From Anaeromyxobacteraceae bacterium (GTDB lineage: Bacteria; Myxococcota; Myxococcia; Myxococcales; Anaeromyxobacteraceae): DNA of 64,000 bases. The stretch lies in contig JAULAX010000010.1 in the NCBI GenBank assembly GCA_032654565.1, forward strand, positions 96,001-160,000, read 5' to 3'. A model generated the notes under the pieces. It was not told the origin of the DNA and made no database searches. It was given only the letters and a program-made list of their open reading frames with translations. Below, piece by piece: positions 46,485 through 56,296 of this stretch (the first letter of the stretch is position 1; the number at the start of each line of letters is the position of its first letter). The translations under genes were made by a program, and so were the position numbers.

Positions 46485-46828
46485 CTGACCTTCTCCTTTC
46501 GTTTCAGCTCCTGAACGACCTCGTCCAGCGCCTCGAAGCGGGCGTCCCAGAGCCGGCGATACCCCTCGAGCCACGCCGTCTCGTCCTCCAGGCGGCGGGG
46601 CCCGAGCCTGCAGGTCCGCACCCGGCCGACCTTCTCCGTGCTCACCAGCCCGGCCTGCTCCAGGACGCCGACGTGCTTCTTCATGCCGGTCAGGGTCATG
46701 CAGAACTTCTCGGCGAGGTCGGTGATCGAGGCGTCGGCGCGGCCGAGCTGCAGGAGGACGCCGCGGCGGGTGGAGTCCGAGAGCGCGGCGAAGGAGGTGT
46801 CGAGGGGAGCGCGCGTATACTGAACCAT
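46481..46828 (-). CDS. ArsR/SmtB-family regulator
   Basis: FAALSDSTRR, KHVGVLEQAGLV, GRVR; coupled to the SRPBCC gene. Confidence 0.9.
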   Translation of the reverse strand: MVQYTRAPLDTSFAALSDSTRRGVLLQLGRADASITDLAEKFCMTLTGMKKHVGVLEQAGLVSTEKVGRVRTCRLGPRRLEDETAWLEGYRRLWDARFEALDEVVQELKRKEKVR

Positions 46829-46841
46829 ATGGTTCAGTATA
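46816..46841. promoter_or_regulatory. Perfect 26-bp palindromic operator over the ArsR start codon
   Basis: TATACTGAACCAT|ATGGTTCAGTATA. Confidence 0.75.
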
Positions 46842-47090
46842 TAGCTGGTCGGGCGGCGTCGCGCAAGGGGGTCGTCCCATGCCCCGAACGTCCGCGACCC
46901 AGGAGCCCCCAGGGTGCTGCGGGTACTGGGCGATCACCGGCAATGACCAGACCGCCGAGGAGAGCCGCCGCAGTCCTGCTCATGATCGGGAAGCGCCGCA
47001 GCCATACGGACTCAGGGTCGCTTTGGGCGCCCAAAGCGACTGTCGGTCCGGGTGGCGCATGGGGACCCGGACTGCGGGCCCGCTGCGCTG

Positions 47091-47124
47091 AAAAAGAGAA
47101 AGCCCCCGGGTCTCGGGGGCTTTC
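47091..47124 (-). terminator. Intrinsic terminator of tmRNA
   Basis: gaaagcccccg/cgggggctttc stem followed by a T-rich run on the minus strand. Confidence 0.8.
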
Positions 47125-47126
47125 AA

Positions 47127-47476
<350 letters not shown>

Positions 47477-47504
47477 ATACAGGTGAACTGCGTGAGTCCA
47501 TACC

Positions 47505-47532
47505 AACATATGACCGGGAAGGACATGGTCAA
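47505..47532 (-). promoter_or_regulatory. sigma70 promoter of ssrA
   Basis: TTGACC-N16-TATGTT. Confidence 0.55.
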
Positions 47533-47611
47533 GCCGGCCTGCCGCCGATGGGCGAGCCAGGAGGCGTGGCTCGGAGCGGCCCGCCGCGGGCGCCGCCGCG
47601 GGAGCCCCCGC

Positions 47612-48058
47612 TTACCGCGCCAGGTACGGCGCCAGCCAGGCCAGGGCCTTCTCCACGCCCAGCGGCAGCGCCGCCTCGGCCTCCGCCGAGAGACGCTCCA
47701 CGAAGGAGAAGTCCTTGCCGGCCACGGTCACCAGCAGCCCCTGCGGCGCGTGGCCGTAGCTGGTGCGGGCCAGCCCGAGGATCTCCTCCGGGGTCAGGGC
47801 GTGGAGCAGCGCCGCACGCGGTGCCCGCGAGGTCACCTGGTTGGCGTGGACCTCGCCCGGCGCCCCGGAGACGGCGGCGTCCAGGAAGACCACGGCGTCG
47901 GCGCGGGCCGCCTGCTCGGCGTGCTCGGGCTGGAGCTGCACCGCCTCCACCACCTGGTGCGAGCCGGGCGGAAGCCGGGCCACCAGGGCGCGGCCGAGCG
48001 CCAGGCCGACGCCGTCGTCACCGCGGGAGCCGTTGCCGAGCGAGAGCAGCAGGATCAC
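47612..48058 (-). CDS. Hydrogenase maturation protease-like protein
   Basis: LGNGSRGDDGVG, VVFLDA, His in LLHAL. Confidence 0.75.
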   Translation of the reverse strand: MILLLSLGNGSRGDDGVGLALGRALVARLPPGSHQVVEAVQLQPEHAEQAARADAVVFLDAAVSGAPGEVHANQVTSRAPRAALLHALTPEEILGLARTSYGHAPQGLLVTVAGKDFSFVERLSAEAEAALPLGVEKALAWLAPYLAR

Positions 48059-48155
48059 GATTCACCTCGAGGTGCCAGCCGGCGATCACTCCCCGCCGCG
48101 CGCCACCGCGGACCGCATCCTACCAGCCGCCACCGGGGAACAGGAGGGCGGCCGC

Positions 48156-49742
48156 TCACCGCCAGGCGCCCGGACGGGTGTAGACGAACGCCAGCGCCAC
48201 CTCGTCGAGGTAGACCCCGGCCACCGGCCGCGAGCTGCCGAAGGCGGTCCAGGCGTCATACTCCGCGTCGCGCCCGCCCCCCTCTGCCACCACCGCCAGG
48301 TCGGCCTCGGCCAGGCCGGCGGCGTCGACCAGGTCGGCGCGGACCAGCCCGGCCCGCCGGTACCGCTCGATGGCCCACGGCGCCACCCCCAGCCAGGCGA
48401 CCCGCGCCCCGGGTGCGGCGTGGAGCGCCACGTCGCCGAGCAGCCCGCGGACCGCCTCGCCGCCGTCCTGCCTCGGCCAGCCGCGCCAGGCGGCGCCGGC
48501 CGCCCCGCCCAGCGGTTCCCCCCACGCCGAGCCGCCCAGCGGGAAGGTGGTCACCGCCGCCCGCAGCCCGGGGTAGAGCAGGAGGAGCCCCAGCGCCCCG
48601 GTGACCGCCAGCCGCCGCGCCGGCCAGGCCTGCGTCGCCAGGGCCACCAGGGCCCGGGCCCCGAGCAGGGCCAGCGGGGCCAGGCCGTGGAGGAGCGGCG
48701 CCAGCCCGGGGAGGCGTGGCGCCAGGCCGACGGCGGCGAGAAGCAGGGGGACGGTCCCGGCCAGCAGCCAGAGCGTCTCCAGCCAGGCGGCGTCGCCGTC
48801 GTGGCGGCGCAGCGCCCGGGCCAGCCGGAGGGCGGCGTGGCCGAGGCCGAGCGCCAGCAGGGCCACGGTGGGGATCGGCAGGGCGGCCAGCAGCGCCAGC
48901 GCCGGGTTGACGGTAGGTGAAGCCTGGCCCCAGCCGACGGCGGACAGCAGGGCGCCGAGTCCGGCGAGGGGTGCGCGCCAGTGGGCCGGCCAGCAGGCCA
49001 GGACCGCGGCCGGGATGAGCAGGAGCCCCGCCCCGATGGCGGTCGGGGTGCGCCGCAGCCGCACCGACCAGGCGGCGGCCGCCGACCGGTGGTGGTGGGC
49101 CAGCCAGCGCAGGTGGAAGCGCCCCAGCCCCCAGTGGAGGGCCAGCACCAGCCAGAGGGAGACGAGGTCGGGGCGGACCGCGGCGGCGGCGGCGCAGAGC
49201 AGGCCGCACCAGAGCCCGTCGCGGGTGCGGGTCAGCGGGGTGGGGTTCCCCAGGGCCCGGGCGAAGACCTGCACCGCCACCAGCCAGAGCAGCGCCCCGA
49301 GCAGGTCGGGCGTGGCCAGCAGCCCCAGCGCCAGGGTGCGCGGCGTGAACCAGAAGGCCGCCGGCGCCAGCAGGGCCACCGGGGCGCCGCCCAGCGCGAA
49401 GCCGCCCAGCGCCAGCGCCGCCGAGAGCAGGCCGGCCACCAGCGCCACCCCCAGCCGCAGGCCGCCGACGGGGCCGAGGCCGAGCCGCTCGCCCCCGGCG
49501 CCGGCGAAGCCGTGGAAGGCCTCGGCCAGCAGCGGCCGCCCGCGCTCGCTGGAGAGCCCGGCCAGGCCGCGCGCCGCCTCGGCGGGGAGGCGCGGCGCCG
49601 CCACCAGCCAGCCGGCGGTCCGCTCGCCGGCCGACATGGCGGCGGCCTCCACGCCGGAGAGGCCGGGCTGGCCGGAGAGCAGCAGCGCCGCCGCCAGCGT
49701 GGCCGTCCCCCAGCCGAGGGCGATGCGGGCGCGCCCGGTCAT
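48156..49742 (-). CDS. Polytopic membrane protein, possibly GT-C (ArnT/PMT-like)
   Basis: Many TM helices, PR..ATPD segment; coupled to the upstream gene. Confidence 0.5.
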   Translation of the reverse strand: MTGRARIALGWGTATLAAALLLSGQPGLSGVEAAAMSAGERTAGWLVAAPRLPAEAARGLAGLSSERGRPLLAEAFHGFAGAGGERLGLGPVGGLRLGVALVAGLLSAALALGGFALGGAPVALLAPAAFWFTPRTLALGLLATPDLLGALLWLVAVQVFARALGNPTPLTRTRDGLWCGLLCAAAAAVRPDLVSLWLVLALHWGLGRFHLRWLAHHHRSAAAAWSVRLRRTPTAIGAGLLLIPAAVLACWPAHWRAPLAGLGALLSAVGWGQASPTVNPALALLAALPIPTVALLALGLGHAALRLARALRRHDGDAAWLETLWLLAGTVPLLLAAVGLAPRLPGLAPLLHGLAPLALLGARALVALATQAWPARRLAVTGALGLLLLYPGLRAAVTTFPLGGSAWGEPLGGAAGAAWRGWPRQDGGEAVRGLLGDVALHAAPGARVAWLGVAPWAIERYRRAGLVRADLVDAAGLAEADLAVVAEGGGRDAEYDAWTAFGSSRPVAGVYLDEVALAFVYTRPGAWR

Positions 49743-50638
49743 GGCAGCACCACCGCCTCCACGCAGAGGACGGCGCCGGGAGGGGCGTCCGCCTCCAGCG
49801 TCACCGGCGGTGAAGCTCCGGCGAGGCCGGTGGTGTCGACCCGGAACGGCTGCCAGCCGGAGCGGCCGGTCACCTCGACCGCCAGGGGCGCGCCGTCGCC
49901 GACGCGGACCAGCAGGCGGGCGGTTCCGGCGGCGGTGGCCGGCCGCAGCGAGACGTGGCCGGCCAGGGCGCGACCCAGGGCGAGGGGGGGCACCACCAGC
50001 CGCGCCGGCATTCCGGGGACGGGCGACAGCTCCAGGCAGCGGCGGGCCACCCCGTCGACGTCGCGCCAGCGGGTGGGGGCGCCGGCCCGCTCGGCCAGCC
50101 AGGCCGAGGGGAGCACCGGGGCGGCGAGGTCGAGCCGGGTCACCTGCAGCCGGCCCACCTGCTGGGCGTCGGCGGCGGCGGTCCGCCCCTCCAGCGGCGG
50201 GTGCGCCCCCACGGTGGTGACCGCGGTGGCCGCCACCAGCCAGACGCGCCGCACGCCGGGCAGCCACTCGGTGTCGAGGGCGCTGGTGCCCAGCACCGGG
50301 AGGCGCGCCGGCACCGCCTGGCGGGCCTGCTCCAGCCAGGGGGGCAGGATGGCCACCAGGTCGCCGGGGCGGGCGTCGCGCTCCAGCAGGGCGGTCAGGG
50401 CGGCCCAGTCGCGCGGGGAGGGGAGCCGGTGGACGAAGCGCCCCCGGGCGTCGAGCGAGGCGAGACCCAGCAGCAGCAGCGCCGCCACCAGCCCCTGCGC
50501 GGCCAGCTGGCGCTTCGGGGGGCGCGCCGCCCAGGCCCGCCGCAGCCCGGCCAGGCCGCCCTCCCGCCAGCCGCGAAGCTGCGCCACCAGGACGTCGCGC
50601 AGGTGGACGAGGAGGCGGACGAGGAGGCGTGCCGCCAT
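49739..50638 (-). CDS. Hypothetical membrane-anchored protein
   Basis: One TM helix; in the carD-carG gene run. Confidence 0.55.
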   Translation of the reverse strand: MAARLLVRLLVHLRDVLVAQLRGWREGGLAGLRRAWAARPPKRQLAAQGLVAALLLLGLASLDARGRFVHRLPSPRDWAALTALLERDARPGDLVAILPPWLEQARQAVPARLPVLGTSALDTEWLPGVRRVWLVAATAVTTVGAHPPLEGRTAAADAQQVGRLQVTRLDLAAPVLPSAWLAERAGAPTRWRDVDGVARRCLELSPVPGMPARLVVPPLALGRALAGHVSLRPATAAGTARLLVRVGDGAPLAVEVTGRSGWQPFRVDTTGLAGASPPVTLEADAPPGAVLCVEAVVLP

Positions 50639-50647
50639 GGCGAGCGG

Positions 50648-51190
50648 CTAGGACTTCGCCAGCCGGATCTTCCGCTCGCTCTTCTCGCGGCAGAAGGTGC
50701 AGAGGCTGGAGTCCGGCGCCGGCCCCAGGTGCGGGGACCAGGACGGGTGCATGGCGCAGCGGACGTCGTAGCAGTGGTGCAGGTCCCAGAGGTGGCCGAT
50801 GACGTGGACCGCCTCGCGCGCCAGCCGGCGCCGCCAGGCCTCGATCGAGGCCTCGGTCACGCCGCGGGCCGGCATCTGGTCGAGCGTCAGGAGGGCGCGG
50901 TCGCCGCCGTAGCGGGCGAAGCCCCAGCTGGGCGGGGCCCCCAGCGGGCCGGCGGCCAGGGTGAGCGGCGCGGCGGTGATGAAGAGCAGCTTGTCGTCGG
51001 CCACGCCGCGGACCGGGCCGGCCGCAGCGAGCAGCTCCTCGGCGTCCCAGGAGCCGTCCTTGGCGCCACCGCGGGGCAGCGGGAGGTCGCCGACGTGCTC
51101 GGTCCCGAGGCCGAAGATGGCGCGCAAGGTCTTGACCAGCGCGACGGTGTCGGTGGGGTCGAGCGGGCTGAGGGTGGCGATCCGGATCAC
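50648..51190 (-). CDS. carG: CarG, non-proteolytic archaemetzincin-like Zn protein
   Basis: HVIGHLWDLHHCx4CxMx16CxxC lacks the catalytic Glu; directly downstream of carD. Confidence 0.85.
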   Translation of the reverse strand: MIRIATLSPLDPTDTVALVKTLRAIFGLGTEHVGDLPLPRGGAKDGSWDAEELLAAAGPVRGVADDKLLFITAAPLTLAAGPLGAPPSWGFARYGGDRALLTLDQMPARGVTEASIEAWRRRLAREAVHVIGHLWDLHHCYDVRCAMHPSWSPHLGPAPDSSLCTFCREKSERKIRLAKS

Positions 51191-52239
51191 TTCTTCTTCC
51201 CGCCTTTCGTGGCGGACGGCTTGGCGGTCTTCTTCTTGGTCGCCGGCTTGCCCGCCGGCTTCCCGGAGGCCTTCTTCGCCGCGGCCTTCGCAGGCGCCTT
51301 GGCCGGCCTGGCGGGCGCCTTCTTCGGGGCCGGGCCCTTCTTCGCCGCCGCCGCGGGCTTCACCGCGGCCTTCACCGCCGCGGCCAGCGCCGGGACCAGC
51401 TTGAGCGGGGCGCCCGACGCCTGGGCCGGGCTGGCGCCGGTCACCGGCGCCTCGACCCCCTCGGAGGCGTCGGCCCCGTCCCCTTCGGCGGCGTCGCCGG
51501 TGGCCTCGGCGCCCCCCTCCACCGCGGCCTCCTCGCCCAGCCCCTCGATCCCCAGCTCGTCGAGCCCGAGGTCGTCGAGCCCGTCGCCCTCGTCGTCGAC
51601 CACCAGGCGGCGGCGGGGTGGGCGGCTGGGCAGCAGGATGGGCTTGGGCGGCGGCTTGAGCTTGAAGCGGGTGCCGGCCGGCGGCATCAGCGCGAAGTCG
51701 ATGAGGTCCTCGGCCAGCCCGGGCGAGACGCCCAGCGAGGCGGCCACCTCGGCCACCAGCAGGTGGCGGGCGTTGTCGAACTGGCCGCGCTCCTTGGTGG
51801 GGAGGGGGCGCAGGCGGGAGAGGGCGTGGAGCCCCTTGACCACCTCGGCGATGCCGAGGACGCCGCCGGCCACCATGCGGTCGGCGTTGTCGCGGTGGCG
51901 GATCTTCCAGTTGAGCTCGGGGTCGGCCAGGTCGGCGGCGAGGTAGTGGAAGACCCCCTCCATCAGCTCGGCCGAGGCGACGCGGCGCAGCCCCACCGAG
52001 GCCACCTTGCCGCGCGGCACCAGCACGGCGGCGCCGTCCTCCTCGCGCCGCATGCGGACCATCTCCAGCCGGTGGCCGGCGATCTCCTGGGTCTCGGGGC
52101 CGACCACCACGCAGACGCCCTGGGCCGGGTAGACCAGCCGGTCGCCGGGCTTCAGCGCCGAGGCGTCGGCGATGGTCCCCTCCAGCTCGGAGAGCTCGGC
52201 CTTCGGGTCATCGGGATGGCGCGGGGGCTGGCCTCTCAC
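51187..52239 (-). CDS. carD: CarD transcription factor with acidic region and histone H1-like Lys/Ala/Pro tail
   Basis: CarD_TRCF N-terminus (LKPGDRLVYPAQGV..V), acidic stretch, AAKK/PAKA repeats. Start uncertain. Confidence 0.85.
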   Translation of the reverse strand: MRGQPPRHPDDPKAELSELEGTIADASALKPGDRLVYPAQGVCVVVGPETQEIAGHRLEMVRMRREEDGAAVLVPRGKVASVGLRRVASAELMEGVFHYLAADLADPELNWKIRHRDNADRMVAGGVLGIAEVVKGLHALSRLRPLPTKERGQFDNARHLLVAEVAASLGVSPGLAEDLIDFALMPPAGTRFKLKPPPKPILLPSRPPRRRLVVDDEGDGLDDLGLDELGIEGLGEEAAVEGGAEATGDAAEGDGADASEGVEAPVTGASPAQASGAPLKLVPALAAAVKAAVKPAAAAKKGPAPKKAPARPAKAPAKAAAKKASGKPAGKPATKKKTAKPSATKGGKKK

Positions 52240-52306
52240 GCGTGTGGCTGTACCACGCGGGCCGGGGGCGGCCAAGCGCCGGCGGACGGCGCCGGGGAGG
52301 CCGGTC

Positions 52307-53164
52307 TCAGCGGGCTTCGGGCGCCACGGCGCGGAGCCGGCGGGCGGCCAGGTCGACGTACTCGGGGTCGCGCTCCAGGCCGAGGAAGCGGCAGCCGGCC
52401 CGGACCGCGGCCACGCCGGTGGTCCCCGAGCCGCAGAAGGGGTCGAGCACCAGGTCGCCGGGCTGGGCGCTGGCCGCCAGCACCCGGTCGAGCAGGGCGA
52501 TGGGCTTCTGCGTCGGGTGCCGGCCGTGGACCTTCTCGCGCGGAGGCGGGGTCGGCAGCGGCCAGATCACCTGCTCGCCGCCCGGGACCGGCTGCTCGCT
52601 GATAGCCCACAGGTCGCGCATCTGCTTGCCGCCGTTCTCCTGCTTCATGGTCTTGTAGTTGAAGCGGTGGGCCAGCGGCTTCGACTTCATGGGGCTGGCC
52701 CAGAGCAGGATCTCGGTGGAGTGGGTGAACATCCGGCAGGCCAGGTTGGGCGAGGCGTTCGGCTTGTACCAGGTGACGGTGTTGAGCAGGTGGTAGCCGA
52801 GCTCCTGCAGGGCGAAGCCGATGGAGAAGATGACGTGCTGGGTGCCGGAGACCCAGAGCGTCCCGGAGGGCTTCAGGACCCGGCGGACCGCCTTGAGCCA
52901 CTCGGTCTGGAAGGCGTGGTCGCCGACCACGCCGCGCGAGACGTCCCAGTCGCCCTTGTCGACCGAGACCCGCCGCCCCGACTGGCAGGAGGTCCCGCCG
53001 TTGGAGAGCATGTAGGGAGGGTCGGCGAAGCAGAGGTCGACCGAGTGCGGGGGGAGCTTCTCGAGCGAAGCCAGGCAGTCGCCCTGCGCCAGCGCCCAGC
53101 CGGCGCCGCGCTCGGCGGTCCCGGGGAGACGGTCCCATGCGTGGAGATCGAGCCTTCGTGCCAT
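52307..53164 (-). CDS. Beta-class N6/N4 DNA methyltransferase (DpnA-like), orphan
   Basis: FADPPY precedes HPTQKP and DPFCGSGTT; no adjacent endonuclease. Confidence 0.88.
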   Translation of the reverse strand: MARRLDLHAWDRLPGTAERGAGWALAQGDCLASLEKLPPHSVDLCFADPPYMLSNGGTSCQSGRRVSVDKGDWDVSRGVVGDHAFQTEWLKAVRRVLKPSGTLWVSGTQHVIFSIGFALQELGYHLLNTVTWYKPNASPNLACRMFTHSTEILLWASPMKSKPLAHRFNYKTMKQENGGKQMRDLWAISEQPVPGGEQVIWPLPTPPPREKVHGRHPTQKPIALLDRVLAASAQPGDLVLDPFCGSGTTGVAAVRAGCRFLGLERDPEYVDLAARRLRAVAPEAR

Positions 53165-53224
53165 GGCTGGTCATGCTAGGGGCGATATCGATCCCGTCGA
53201 GTTTTTGGCCTAAACTGCGCGGCC

Positions 53225-53404
53225 ATGCCCGCCCCGTACCCGCAGTCTCCCTTCGCCAGCTGGCTCGAGGCGCACCTCGCCGGGCTGCTCTCCGAAGGGC
53301 TGGCCTCGGCGGTGCTGGCGGTGGTGGTGGCCACCGCCGTGGCGCTGACCTACGGCCTGCTGGTCCATGGCAACGCCACGCCGGGCGCCAAAGCGAAGGC
53401 GTGA
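53225..53404 (+). CDS. 59-aa small membrane protein (below the ORF-track cutoff)
   Basis: MPAPYPQSPFASWLEAHL...VLAVVVATAVALTYGLL; its TGA overlaps the queG GTG. Confidence 0.5.
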   Translation: MPAPYPQSPFASWLEAHLAGLLSEGLASAVLAVVVATAVALTYGLLVHGNATPGAKAKA

Positions 53405-54432
53405 CCGCGCCGCTCGACAGCGGCTTCGTCAAGGCGGCCGCGCGGGCCGCCGGCTTCCACGAGGTGGGCGTGGCCCGGGCCGAGCCGCTCGATCCCGGCC
53501 CGCTCGACCGGGTGCTGGCCGAGGGCTGGGAGGCCGACATGGCCTGGCTGGGGACGCAGCGGGCCGAGCGGCTCGACCCCTCGCGGCTGCTCCCCGGCGC
53601 CCGCAGCGTGGTGGCCCTGGCGCTCTCCTACCGCGACGCCGAGCAGCCGCCGCCTGGCCCGGGGGAGGGGGAGGTGGCGCGCTACGCCCGCGGCCGCGAC
53701 TACCACCCGGTGATGAAGAAGAAGCTCAAGGCGCTGGCCGCGGCCCTGGCCGGGCGGGATCCCGGGCTGCGCTGCTTCGCCTCCTCCGACCTCGCCCCCA
53801 CCATGGAGAAGGCCTGGGCGGCGCGGGCCGGCCTCGGCTGGGTGGGCAAGAACGGCTGCCTGATCACGCCGCGCCACGGCTCCTGGGTGCTGCTGGCCAC
53901 GCTGCTGCTCGACCGCGAGCTGGAGCCGGACCCGCCGCACCCGGAGCGCTGCGGCCGCTGCGAGGCCTGCCTGCCGGCCTGCCCCACCGCCGCCATCGTG
54001 GCGCCGGGGTTCGTCGACTCGCGTCGCTGCCTCTCCTTCTGGACCATCGAGCGGCGCGGCGAGATCCCGCCGCCCATCGCGGCGCAGCTGGGAAACCACC
54101 TGCTCGGCTGCGACGACTGCCAGACCTGCTGCCCCTGGAATGGCGAGGTGGCGCCGGGCTCCGACCCGGAGCTGCGACCGCGGGAGGGGCAGTCGGCCAT
54201 CCCGCTGGAGGGGCTGCTGCGGCTCACCGAGGCCGAGTACGCCCGCCGCTTCCACGGCACCTCGCTGGCCCGGGCCCGCTTCGATGGGCTGGTGCGCAAC
54301 GCCCTGCTCATCGCCGGCGGCACCGGGGAGCGGCGCTGGCGGCCGCTGGTGGCCGCCTGGCTGGGGAGCCCGCACGACGGGGTGCGGGCCGCGGCGGCCT
54401 GGGCCATGGCGGAGCTCGGGGAAGGCGAGTAG
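53401..54432 (+). CDS. queG: Epoxyqueuosine reductase
   Basis: ARYARGRDYH, EKAWA..AGLGWVGKN, CGRCEACLPACPT, GCDDCQTCCPWN. Confidence 0.92.
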   Translation: MTAPLDSGFVKAAARAAGFHEVGVARAEPLDPGPLDRVLAEGWEADMAWLGTQRAERLDPSRLLPGARSVVALALSYRDAEQPPPGPGEGEVARYARGRDYHPVMKKKLKALAAALAGRDPGLRCFASSDLAPTMEKAWAARAGLGWVGKNGCLITPRHGSWVLLATLLLDRELEPDPPHPERCGRCEACLPACPTAAIVAPGFVDSRRCLSFWTIERRGEIPPPIAAQLGNHLLGCDDCQTCCPWNGEVAPGSDPELRPREGQSAIPLEGLLRLTEAEYARRFHGTSLARARFDGLVRNALLIAGGTGERRWRPLVAAWLGSPHDGVRAAAAWAMAELGEGE

Positions 54433-54444
54433 GTTCCGCGCCCC

Positions 54445-55307
54445 GTGGCCGTCCACCTGGTCATGCTGCTCCACTCGGTCCTCTCGGCCGGGACCTACCT
54501 CGCCGCCAAGCGGGTGCTGGGCGAGCTCTCGCCCTGGGAGGTGGCGCTGGCGCGCTTCGTCCTGGCGGCCGCCTGCTACGCGGCGCTGCTGGCCCGCCAC
54601 CGCGTCCGCATCCCCCGCCGCGACCTGCTCGGCCTGATGGCGCTCGGGGTGGTGGCCATCCCGCTCAACCAGGGCTTCTTCCTGGCCGGGCTGGCCCGCA
54701 CCACGCCGAGCCACGCCGCGCTGCTCTACGCCCTCACCCCCATCTTCGTCTTCCTGCTGGCCCGCTGGCGGCTGGGGGAGCCCTCGACCTGGACCAAGCT
54801 GGCCGGCATCGCGCTGGCCTTCGCCGGCGTGGTGGTGGTGCTGGCGGTCCGCCCCTCCGGAGCCATCGGCCTCGCCGACGGGTCGCTGCTCGGAGACCTG
54901 CTGGTGCTGCTGGCGGTGATCGCCTGGGCGGTCTTCGCCGTCCTGGGCAAGGGCTACGCCGAGCGGTACGGGGCGCTGGTCTCGACCGGCCTGGCGGTCA
55001 TCTTCGGCACCCTCGTCTACCTGCCCTTCGGCCTGCTGCTCTCCAGCGCCGAGCCGTTCCAGCGGCTCTCGCCGGCCGGGTGGGGGAGCCTCGCCTACCT
55101 GGTCCTCATCACCAGCGTGCTGTCCTACCTGCTCTACTACTGGGCGCTGCGCCGGACCGAGGCCAGCCGGGTGGCCATCTGGTCCAACCTGCAGCCGGTG
55201 CTGACGGCGCCGCTGGCCTGGGCGCTGCTCGGCGACCCGCTCGGGGCCGGGCTGCTGGTGGGCGGGGCCATGGTCCTCTCCGGGGTGCTGCTGACGCAGC
55301 GGGGTGA
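54445..55307 (+). CDS. DMT/EamA transporter (reads through in frame into ygfZ)
   Basis: About 10 TM helices in two EamA repeats; the expected stop near 55305 is out of frame. Confidence 0.8.
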
Positions 55308-55362
55308 GGCGCTGGCCGGCGCGGTTGTGGCGGCGTGGCGCCGCCGTTATCTTCCCCCCCCG

Positions 55363-56280
55363 ATGACCTCCACCGCGAAGTTCGAGGCGGCGCGCACCGG
55401 GCTGGCCGCCGGGCCGCTGCGGCCGCGCGCCCTGCTCCACGCCGCCGGCCCCGACGCCGTCGACTTCCTGCACCGGATGCTGACCCAGGACGTCAAGGGG
55501 CTGCCCGCCGGCGGCGCCGCCCACTTCGCGCTGCTCGAGGTCAAGGGACACCTGGTGGCCGAGGGGCAGCTGCTGCTCCGCTCCGACGGCGTGCTGCTCG
55601 ACGTCGATCCGGCCGCGGCGGCGGAGCTGCGCGCCCAGCTGGAGGCCAAGGTGATCATGGACGACGTCACCTTCACCGACCTGTCGGCCTCCTGGCGGGT
55701 GCTGCCGCTGCTCGGCCCCGGCGCCGCGGCCGCCGCCGAGGCCCACGCCGCCGGGCTGTCACGCTGGGTCAACAAGCGGCGCGGCGTGCCGGCCCTCGAC
55801 CTGCTGGTGCCGGCGGCGCAGGCCGAGCCGCTGCGGGCGGCGCTGCTGGCGGCCGGGGCGGCGCCGCTCGACGAGGACGACCTGGAGGCGCTGCGCGTCG
55901 CCGGCGGCGTGGGGCGCTGGGGGGCGGAGCTGGACGGCTCGCGGCTGCCCATGGAGGCCGGGCTGATCGCCGACGCCGTCTCCTTCACCAAGGGCTGCTA
56001 CCTCGGCCAGGAGGTGGTGACCCGGGCCACCGCCCGCGGCCAGGTGCAGCGCGGGCTGGTGCTGCTGCGGCTGCCGCAGGGGGCGGGGCCCGGCAGCCCG
56101 CTCCTGGCCGGCGGCGTCGAGGTCGGGGTGGTGACCAGCGCCGCGGCGACGCCCGCAGGTCGGCTCGGGCTCGGCTACCTGAGGCGGGCCCACTGGGCCG
56201 CCGGCACCCGGCTCACCGCCACGGTCGGCGAGGCCGAGGTGCTGCGCGCCGTGGCCGGCGAGCAGGAGCGGCCGGGCTGA
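55363..56280 (+). CDS. ygfZ: YgfZ/GcvT-family folate-binding protein
   Basis: GPDAVDFLHRMLTQDV, KGCYLGQEVV signature; own ATG at 55363. Confidence 0.88.
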   Translation: MTSTAKFEAARTGLAAGPLRPRALLHAAGPDAVDFLHRMLTQDVKGLPAGGAAHFALLEVKGHLVAEGQLLLRSDGVLLDVDPAAAAELRAQLEAKVIMDDVTFTDLSASWRVLPLLGPGAAAAAEAHAAGLSRWVNKRRGVPALDLLVPAAQAEPLRAALLAAGAAPLDEDDLEALRVAGGVGRWGAELDGSRLPMEAGLIADAVSFTKGCYLGQEVVTRATARGQVQRGLVLLRLPQGAGPGSPLLAGGVEVGVVTSAAATPAGRLGLGYLRRAHWAAGTRLTATVGEAEVLRAVAGEQERPG

Positions 56281-56296
56281 GCCCCGGCCGGCGGCG

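Noticed and set aside
47612..48058. Hydrogenase gene cluster
   Set aside because: Only the maturation-protease-like gene is present; no structural or hyp genes are in the window.
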